Below, in pieces: positions 8,119 to 16,900 of a DNA stretch of 28,018 nt. Every line of letters starts with the position of its first letter. Position 1 is the first letter of the stretch. The translations under genes and the position numbers were made by a program. Under the pieces are notes generated by a model. That model ran no database searches and was not told the origin of the DNA. It saw only the letters and a program-made list of their open reading frames with translations. Origin of the DNA: a virus (taxonomy: Duplodnaviria > Caudoviricetes); IMG/VR virus record IMGVR_UViG_3300025267_003074, positions 1 through 28,018 of that record; one strand, given 5' to 3'.

Positions 8119-9090
8119 AAGGGTAATAAATGGTACGGCTCAGATAAGAAGGCAAAAAAAATGAGGGATGCAATTAATGATAAGGCTACCGAATATAATG
8201 ATACAGTATATGCTGCCTACGGAGGTGCCATAGATGAAATTGCAGCAGAGGGTATTGAATTTGAAAAGACTACCGCTAATGCAGAGCAAATTATAGATGA
8301 AGGTTTTTCTCCAGATATGGAATTATCGGGGTTGGCTGTAGAATACAAGTCTCAAATAGATGACTTAAATACTGCATTTGGAGATACTCAGCAGACTAAT
8401 GCGCAAACTTTACAGGATCAACGTGCAGAGCTGCAAGTAGCTTCAGAAAACAGCGGGTTAGTTACTGCTGGAGAAGTGGTGAGGGCTAAGGAGGAGATCT
8501 TGGTAGAGAATGCTGAGTCTGCTGGAGAGAATCAACAAGATCGTGCAATCGGTAGAGAGGTTGCTCTCAATGAATTTAAGACATCAGTTAATGATGCTAA
8601 GGGTGACTTTACTTCAGCGGCTAGTGATGATATAGCTGAAGCTATGACAGAAGTTAATATAGGGGTAGATACTCTTAATACATATTGGAAGGATTCTATA
8701 AGAGGCGGGCATAAAAGAAGAAGAAAAAATGTTAATGATTCAACACCTGATGGGGAAAAAATAAGAAGTAAAGATGGCGCGTCATCTGATTATATAGACG
8801 AAGCCCTAATAACAGATTATGACCTAGGTAAAGGTTCGGAGAATCCAGGTATTGATGAAACGCATGATATGTCTGATAAGGATGGCCTTGTCTCAGGCAT
8901 GCAGAGGATAAAAGATGAGTCTGTTTTTATGCCTACAAGAGATGTACAGGATAGGACTCTGATTACTGGAGCTTTTGATAAGAGTCTTCATGGTAAAACA
9001 ATGTCAGATGCTTTTAGCACAGGGAATGCATATATGCATGGTAGAAGGTGTTTTTCAGGCGATACATGGATAGAGGTATATAATGGCTGA
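7774..9090 (+). CDS. Putative virion core protein flanked by a circularly permuted Hint/intein domain (IntC - 310-aa cargo - IntN)
   Basis: Residues 1-115 are a Hint lacking its start: IKNIKVGDYV, block B TGAHPF, WTKVEDLSTGD, blocks F/G IFNMEVEGTHNYFAGGFLVHN. Residues 426-438 are the missing block A, CFSGDTWIEVYNG. The SD is AGAGGA, and an in-frame TAA sits two codons upstream of the ATG. Confidence 0.85.
   Translation: MRKYIKNIKVGDYVKSLNFKTGELEKHKVESTFSGESDHYYIINKKIKVTGAHPFYANGKWTKVEDLSTGDMLLDAKGKSVKIKSISKVDSPITIFNMEVEGTHNYFAGGFLVHNKGNKWYGSDKKAKKMRDAINDKATEYNDTVYAAYGGAIDEIAAEGIEFEKTTANAEQIIDEGFSPDMELSGLAVEYKSQIDDLNTAFGDTQQTNAQTLQDQRAELQVASENSGLVTAGEVVRAKEEILVENAESAGENQQDRAIGREVALNEFKTSVNDAKGDFTSAASDDIAEAMTEVNIGVDTLNTYWKDSIRGGHKRRRKNVNDSTPDGEKIRSKDGASSDYIDEALITDYDLGKGSENPGIDETHDMSDKDGLVSGMQRIKDESVFMPTRDVQDRTLITGAFDKSLHGKTMSDAFSTGNAYMHGRRCFSGDTWIEVYNG
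9049..9087 (+). other. Hint/intein N-terminal fragment (IntN, 13 aa) at the protein C-terminus
   Basis: CFSGDTWIEVYNG matches block A consensus C-F/L-x-G-D-T-x-V/I-x4-G. Its Cys is the only cysteine in the 438-aa protein. Confidence 0.8.
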
Positions 9091-10195
9091 ACAAGAAGAT
9101 ATAATGGCTTTAAACGCCCTTCTAGGGCTTACAGCGAGCATCCTAGAGCACGCGGCTAATGTTAAGAATATTAATACTAGTGCTGAGATAGCTAGAGATG
9201 AGCTACAATTTAGGATAAAGAAGGAGCAGACAAATCAGAACTTAGAGTTTGCCAAGATGGAGTTTGAGCTGAACCAAAGGAAGATAGATCAGTATGATTC
9301 TCTAGAATTACAACTTCAAGAGTCTATGTATGAGAGGACTGGCAAGAGATACAAGTTTAATGAGAAGGATATTACTAGCAGTTATGATCAGCTTCAAGAA
9401 TCCCATTCTAGCAATACTGTTGATAGAATGCAGTCTCTTAGGGCTCAAAGTAAGGCTGAAAGAAGCAATGCTGCTAAGCGTGTAGAGACTTTAAAGAATG
9501 AGATAGAGTCTCTTGATAAGATTAGTAGATATATAAATACTAATCTTTCTCCGGCACTTGCTGGCAATGTAGATTCTTATGATGTTGCAGATTATAAGGC
9601 AGCTGTCACTATGGCAAAGGAGGAATATGGTATAAAAGAGTTTGATGAGTATCAGATGGGTGCTATTAGTGTTAACCAGCCCAGCCTCACTAATCTCATT
9701 AAGCTTAATGCTGCTTTAGATAGTAAGGGCAATGAAGATCTAAGAATGGATATTACCAAGGGAACAGCAGAGGCCAGACAAAGAGCTGAGGCAGAGACCC
9801 ATTTAACTTATATGGGAGACTTGCTCAGTCAGTCAGATAAAGGAGATACTTCCGAAACAGTTACGGCTCTCTTGCAATTAGCTAAGGATAACAAAGGAAA
9901 GTCACTTTGGGGTCTTAATATGGATGAGGATACTATGTTTGGTGTAATAAAGGATTTAGCAACAGCTTTATCCGGTGATATGTATACATTCGAGCAGATG
10001 TTAGCAGATCATCCACACCTAAGAGAGGCTATTAAAAGTAATCCTGCTTTAGCTGCACAATACCAGGCTTTTCTAAATAAGAAGGCTTCCTTTATAGACT
10101 TTTCTAAAGTCCAGCCATTAAAGTCTTCTAGTCCAGACTCTTTAACTGTAGATATTCAATATAAGCAATATTTAGATAATATGAAGGGACAATAA
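9083..10195 (+). CDS. Putative virion core/ejection protein, coiled-coil rich
   Basis: 370 aa with SD GAGGT, overlapping the upstream stop. It has long heptad-like Q/E/K/L stretches and no cysteine. The function is inferred from context. Confidence 0.55.
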   Translation: MAEQEDIMALNALLGLTASILEHAANVKNINTSAEIARDELQFRIKKEQTNQNLEFAKMEFELNQRKIDQYDSLELQLQESMYERTGKRYKFNEKDITSSYDQLQESHSSNTVDRMQSLRAQSKAERSNAAKRVETLKNEIESLDKISRYINTNLSPALAGNVDSYDVADYKAAVTMAKEEYGIKEFDEYQMGAISVNQPSLTNLIKLNAALDSKGNEDLRMDITKGTAEARQRAEAETHLTYMGDLLSQSDKGDTSETVTALLQLAKDNKGKSLWGLNMDEDTMFGVIKDLATALSGDMYTFEQMLADHPHLREAIKSNPALAAQYQAFLNKKASFIDFSKVQPLKSSSPDSLTVDIQYKQYLDNMKGQ

Positions 10196-10196
10196 G

Positions 10197-10982
10197 ATGC
10201 CGCCTAAAGCTAATAATAAATATGACTTTGACTTGAAGCTTCTAGGCGGAGATGAAGAATTTAAGAGTTACCTCCATAAGTCTTTTACATTATTTGAAGA
10301 TATATCTTCTGGTATGACTAATCCTCAGAAAGATGCTCTGCTATTTAAGATTCAAGGCAATATACAAGAGAAGTATAAGTCTAAGGATGCAGAGATAGGT
10401 CATATATATAAATCTTGGTGGGAGAATGATAGAAGTTTTGGCTATTTAAATAATAACCCCTATGATGTAGAGCTTAGAGACAGGGGGTCTAAGTATAACT
10501 ATGAATGGCTCCTAAATAAGAGTGATAGCGAGATAACAGACTTACTATCTCAAAATCCAGCACTAAAGAAGGCTTATAGCATTACAACCCAAGAAGATGA
10601 GTATACGAAACTAATGAGGCAGAGACATGCTGCCGCATCTGTAAAGGAAGGGTTTGTACATAATGTTGACACACGTGAGCATCAGGTAAGCAGAGAGAAT
10701 AGGTGGCTCATGATGGCTGGTAAAGATGTTGGAGTAAAGGCGGGAGTTAATTATGTATTAGGTGCTACTGACAGTTATGAAAATATAGTAGATGAGCTTA
10801 GAAATAATGGCCTTTTACCAGAGAGTTTAGAAAGTAATCTCCAAAGGATATCTAAAGCTAGTGCAAAGAAAGCTAATAAAAGTAATGATGAGCTGTCTAA
10901 AGCTATAAGCAGTTTGAGATATATAGATAATCCTGATGAGTTAAAAGTTTACTATCAATTAATAGAACAGGAAGAGAAATGA
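10197..10982 (+). CDS. Hypothetical protein (likely virion core protein)
   Basis: 261 aa with no cysteine. It has an ATGA overlap with the RNAP gene and no recognisable motif. Confidence 0.55.
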   Translation: MPPKANNKYDFDLKLLGGDEEFKSYLHKSFTLFEDISSGMTNPQKDALLFKIQGNIQEKYKSKDAEIGHIYKSWWENDRSFGYLNNNPYDVELRDRGSKYNYEWLLNKSDSEITDLLSQNPALKKAYSITTQEDEYTKLMRQRHAAASVKEGFVHNVDTREHQVSRENRWLMMAGKDVGVKAGVNYVLGATDSYENIVDELRNNGLLPESLESNLQRISKASAKKANKSNDELSKAISSLRYIDNPDELKVYYQLIEQEEK

Positions 10983-13900
10983 GTGAATGGCATTTTGATC
11001 CTTCTATCTTCCCAGATGAAGACACTGAGAAGAAGAAGAAGAAGCAATTAGGCTTAGTTCCAGTACAGCCTAGATCCGACTTTGAAATCCCAACAGTAAT
11101 AAAGAAAGCAGAGAAGTCTGTGTCAACAGATATCTCTCAAGAGCCTGAAGGTGATTGGGGTGACTTCTTTTCAGCTTTAGGAGGGCACGCACTGTCCAGC
11201 GCTACTATGGGGCTTACTGAGTTTAGTGATGACCTTAGAAATAAAGCATGGGGTGAAAAGAATGCTCATGAATTATGGGGAGCTGCTCTTGGTGAGGCTG
11301 CAGGATTTTTAGTTCCTATAGGGCTGATAGGTAAGGGCGTTAGAGCTGTTGGATCAGGCCTTAAGACTGGCGTTAGGAGTATAGCTAAACAAACAGCAAA
11401 AGAGACTGCAGATTTAGCTGGCACGAATATAGCTAAAACTGTAGGAAAAGAAGCTACTCAAGAGACTACTGAGGCTGCTGCTAGAAATATTATACGAAAG
11501 ACTTTAGAACATGAAAGTGGCGCTACTATAATAGGTAAAAGTCCTAAGTATCTCTATCAGCTAGAGGTTGGTGGAGAGACTGCAGCTAAGGCTTCTTCCA
11601 AGATAGGCCAGATCCTTACTGCAAAACTTAGTACCAATCTATCTGAGGCTGGTATTAAAGTTACAGGCAAGCAGATAGATGACATAGTTACAGGCTTTAC
11701 TAAAGGCATCCAAGAAGGCAAGCATTACAATACCTTAGGATCATGGTTGAATCATTATTCTAGATCAGCCCCTACTGGAGGCTTTTGGAAGTCTAAGTTT
11801 TCTAAATGGGCTGGAGAAGCTACTGATGAAGCATTAGTACTTACTATGGATAGTGTTATGAGGGACTATATCAGGTCCAAATATACCTCCGATGATAAGG
11901 TTCCACATAAGTTTGCACCTGGCACTGCAGCAGGGCATGGTATATTGCTCGGAGCTATCTTCCCATTTATTAGATCTGGCTTTGGTTTACCTTTATTTAA
12001 GAAGGGTGGCAAAGAGAAGCTTACAGATGGTGCAAGAATTATGTTTAACCAATGGAAGAAGACTGACTATGCTAAGTTAGCTGAGACCCAACAGGGACGT
12101 TCTACTCTCAAAGGTTTTTTAGAGATGCTTAATGGAAAGAAGAACATCACTGAATGGACATCTAAGAAGGTTAAGATAACTCGTACTGGAGCTAATGGAA
12201 AGCCTATAACAGAAGAATTACTATTAGATGATATATTGAACATGAACTTATCTTCTAAGGAGGGCGGAAAGATAGCTCGACAAGCATTAGAGCAAATACG
12301 TAGTAGTGTCTCTACCCCTAAAGCTCTAGCTAACTGGGCATTAAAGTGGAGTATGGATACAGCAGTCTCAATACCTAGAATGGCAGTTGGCTCTGCAGCT
12401 ATGAATTGGCAGTCCATAATAGACCCTAGTATGTCTAATGCTAGTATTCATGAAATACTTCCACATATGATGATAGGTGCTTTTATGACCAAGAGCCGGA
12501 GGGGTTGGATGGAAGGAGAGATGGCATCTCGTAATGTAGATAACTATTTTGAGATGGCTCGATATCTAGATATAGATACTAAAGCACTTGCAGATGTGGT
12601 TAATTATCATAAGGCGAGGCAGGATGTAGCTATTAATTCCAGGGGTATGCTTGGTAGTGATTCTGCTAATGAAATATTTGATATCTATGATATTGAGATG
12701 AGGGAGGCCCGGAAGCATAACCAAAGAACTACGGTCGGTACTGAGCATCAAATAGTTAAAGATTGGTATGATATCTATCACAGAAGAGGTCTTGTAGAGG
12801 ATCTAGACTTTAATATACTAGATCTTGAATACCTCTCTAAAAAACAGCTTAATACTATTGCAGGGAAGCTTGAAACTATAGAGTATAATGGCAAAAAGCT
12901 TAGTGAGTTTACTCCAAATGAATGGTTTAATCTGGAGCGTATTAACTGGAATCAGGGTGTAGAGGGGTCACATATTAGGTTCCTAAAGAGGCTTAATGAT
13001 CTAGGGGTAGTAGACTTTAATGTAGATACTAAACAGGTGGGTAGAGTAAATAGAGAAGGTGGCAATGAACATATTAAGGTAGATAGAATGATATTAAGGC
13101 TGCATGATCTTGGTCTGGTTAAAATTACTACCCATTTAGGAGAGAAAGGTAAGGATATATCTCCTGAGGTTATTAGGGAAGCATCAGAGTCCTTTAAAGA
13201 TGGACTACGGGCTGATGCTGTAGGGGAAGGCATTCATGTCCCTATTGAACTTAATGATAACTTATTCCTAGATGAAATGCATGCAGTAAGGAGAATACAG
13301 ACTGAGGAAATTCTGCAGAAATCAGTAGTTGGCGACAATGAAGGTCTCTCTCCCGTTCAGCAAGATTATAGGAAGAGAGCTATTGATCCATTCCTATTAG
13401 ATTCTAAGGGAAATATGGTTGATCCTGTAAGGATAGAAGTTACTGAAAAAGATATTCCAGACCTTACTAGAAAGAAGATGAATGACTCAGACGTTGCCTT
13501 TGCTGAAAAAGATAGGGCTCAATTAGAGTCAGACCTAAGGGAGATAGCTTCTGTTTATCATGCAGGCACTTCTGAAAAATCTATGACTGGTGAGGTAAAG
13601 AAGTTGTCTTATGAGGAGGCTAAATCTATTGTAGATGGATTCAAGGAAATGCAGCTCCCTATATCGGCAGAAAGGCTTATATCAGATGGTATACTTTCAT
13701 CCCAGATAGCTTATAAAGTAAAAGTTCGTAGATTTCAAAAGAAGTTTCCTGATCGGTTGCAATACGAGCTAGTTACAGACTTAGAAGATGCAGGTCTAGG
13801 TTGGTGGAATCCTGAGGCAGAACAGTTTTATGTTTATGACTACCGTACAGCTTCATTAATGTCAGGAGAGACTGGAACTAGTAGGGCTAGAGATAATATG

Positions 13901-16900
13901 TATGCACAACTTTTATCTTATTTAGGAGATAAAGTCCAGACTACTGGTGATTTAACTAGACAGCAGCCTGTAGATATGACTGCTATTAAACGTATCCATA
14001 GCAAGATTCCTGAAGTTCGCAAGAAAATGATAGTAGAGAAGATTGTAGGACTTAGAGATAAGCTTGCGTCTATTGATCTTTTAGAAGGAGAAAATAGTAT
14101 TAAAGCCTTAGAAGATGCACTAAGTGACTCAGATGGTACGAAGGCTCTACAGGCATTAGAGGCTATAGCTGAGAAGCTTCCAGCAGTTAGGGAAGAAATA
14201 CTAAGAGTTAAAGGTTCTTTAGAAAGAGATTTATCTAGAGGGAAGATATTTGAAGATGCTCTTTTAAATACTGATATTTATAATAAAGATTTAGGATTAT
14301 GGATTAATGCTTTGAAAGAGGCATTTGTTACTGAAGGCAGAAGTAGGAATGATGCAGAGAAGTTACTTAGTATGATGCTGAATGAGAGAGATAATTCTTT
14401 ATTCTATATAAAGAATCTTACCAAGGAGATTGAGAAAACTGTTGAAAGGCCTGGTGCTTCATTGGAAGACTTAGCTCTTGAGTTTGCACAAACGCATGGA
14501 CTTGCTGAATGGAAGCGCATGGTCAATGCTGTGTATCTATCTAGGCAAAAACCTATGGAGACTGATTTATACTATCATGAGAATGAGGCTAATTTTGCTG
14601 CCGATATAAGAAATGACGCTGGAAGTGTGTCTAGAAATAGTGTCAAGATTATAGCTGATTATGACCTAGGTAAGAATGGAGAGCTAAAAATAGAGGTGGT
14701 GGAACAACTGAAGACACCAGAAGGAGTATCAAATCTTGTAGCTGATATTACAGATAAGTTTGGGCAGCGTGCTGGAGAGAATTTTCTAAGGAATGATCTT
14801 GGAGTACTGTTAAGAGACAGCGGTTTACAGGAACGCATTACAAGGGTAACTTATAAAGATGGAAATCTAGAGTTTGAGTTTGATGTAGCTTCATCTAGGA
14901 CTAGGGCTAGAGAGATTATTAATGAATTTAACGATGAAGGTATAGTTATTTATGAGGCTTCTGGTAATGCTATGGACAAAGGTAGGAAACCTCTTGAGCT
15001 TATATCAGATCTTTCATCTAAAATACGTAGCGCTAAAGTAAGGGTATCACAAAAAGAAGATTTAAAGAGATTTAATGAAGGTGCGCATGAAGATATATCT
15101 ATAGGAAATACTAAGGAAGCATTAGAGAGAATTGATGGATCTTATGAAGTGCTCATTACTGGATATACTAAGCCATTATTCTTTAAGTCTTCAAAAGAAA
15201 ATATAGCAGCTATTAATAAAAAGTTTAATAATGATCTGGTTCAGATACTAGCTGATGCTCCTGGAGGGGCTAACGGAGAGATAGCCCAAAATATAAGTAG
15301 GGCTTTTGAGAATACTTCTAATGCAGCGTTACAGCTTAGGGCTTTATATTGGTTTAAGACTAATGGCAAGCTTGCTTATGACTTATTTATGAATGATAAT
15401 GTCAGCAGTTTAGAAGCTATGTCTGAGGCATCTAGAAAATATATTAAGTATTCTACTCTATTTGCTAATGAACTATCTAAGCCAGTCTCCAGAGAATCTC
15501 TAGAGCGATTCTTAGAGTCTAATACTGAGCTTTCAAATGAGACTCGTAGGTCTATAGAGACTATCGTAAATGAGTTTGACAATATAGGTGTAGTTCCAGT
15601 GCTAGATGAGAGTTTTGCAAGAACTTTTATAGGTAAGGATGGCTCTATAGCTGAGACTAATATTTTTAATAATAGACTCAATCATGTCAGGCAGATAGAG
15701 ATTGATCAATCCCTACCAAAAGATATGCGTAAGCATTTATCAGAAAAATACTCTAATGAGGAGTTTATAAATAGCTTAAATACCTCAGGATGGGATGGGA
15801 TAATCATTATAAGTAAAGATATGTATCTTACTTCTATGGCTATGAGGCCAGAGGGATCTAATTCTAATGCGTTAAAGCCTACGGTATGGCATAATAGCGG
15901 TGTAAGCACTGTTTTAGGCAAGGGACTATATGCATATATACCAGAGATTTCTGATGTAATGCCTAGAGGTGTTCATATGATCATGTCTGGATCTGCTGTT
16001 AAGTCACTTAGAGGTAGATCTAGGGCTGGCAATGAAATAGTACCTCTAGACGGATCTAATCTGACTACAGGTGCTGATATAGTAAATCCATCTATGGAGA
16101 ATATTATAGATATTAGCTTTGCAGATCAAGGGATTATAAAGAGCTCTCATGGTCTCACTAATGCACCTATCTCTCATACGATTACGTATGGTAAGTCTAA
16201 GAATCTGGTAGACAAGACAAGAGTATGGATGCAATTAGATGAAATAATCTCTAAGGCTGTTGGGTGGGATGCTCATATGAAGAACGCTGCTTCTTCTAAT
16301 CTAGCTCAGGTTCTTGCCAGAATGGAAAAAGAAGGAGGCTATGAGGCTGAAGGACTAGGCTTTGTTAATGAAATGGTTAATGTTTACGGCTTCCATCATA
16401 CTATGCCGTTGGTAAAGAAGTCTATCTTTAGAATGTTCAAAGACAGGATGCTTACTAAGATTAATAAGCCAACTGCAGATGGTAAGCAGGGTAGATACTA
16501 CATCTTACCAGATATGACTCTTAAGAATCCTTATTTTACCACTATGTCTAAAGATGCTTCTACTATTGAGGTGCAGACACAGTTCGGAGAGATTTCCCTA
16601 CCTTATGAGTATGCTTTAGGTATGACAAGGGGAAATAGGGCTTTACGGAGTGTTGATTCAATGCAGGAGCTTCAGTTCTCTTTTAATGAGAATGGTGTAG
16701 ACTACATGTTTACTGTGAATGGGGATGGCACTTATAAAATTTATAACAATATAGAGGCTTATCAAAAGGAAGGGTTTACCTTGCCCTATGCACACAAAGC
16801 TCCAATGGAGGTTCCAGCTGGAGTAAGAGAAATTATAGAGAGTCTTTCGGGCGTTATGAAGAGCGACGAGGGAACATATTGGCTGGGCTCTGGAAATGAC

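Noticed and set aside
7760-9090. DNA/RNA-level circularization or inversion that would restore a contiguous Hint
   Set aside because: I see no flanking direct or inverted repeats beyond the generic SD-ATG similarity, and no recombinase in the window.
9049-10195. CFSGDT as the start of a second intein continuing into the 9083-10195 gene
   Set aside because: The downstream protein has no TxxH or HN motifs and looks coiled-coil, so it is not an IntC partner. No other Hint fragment is visible in the window.
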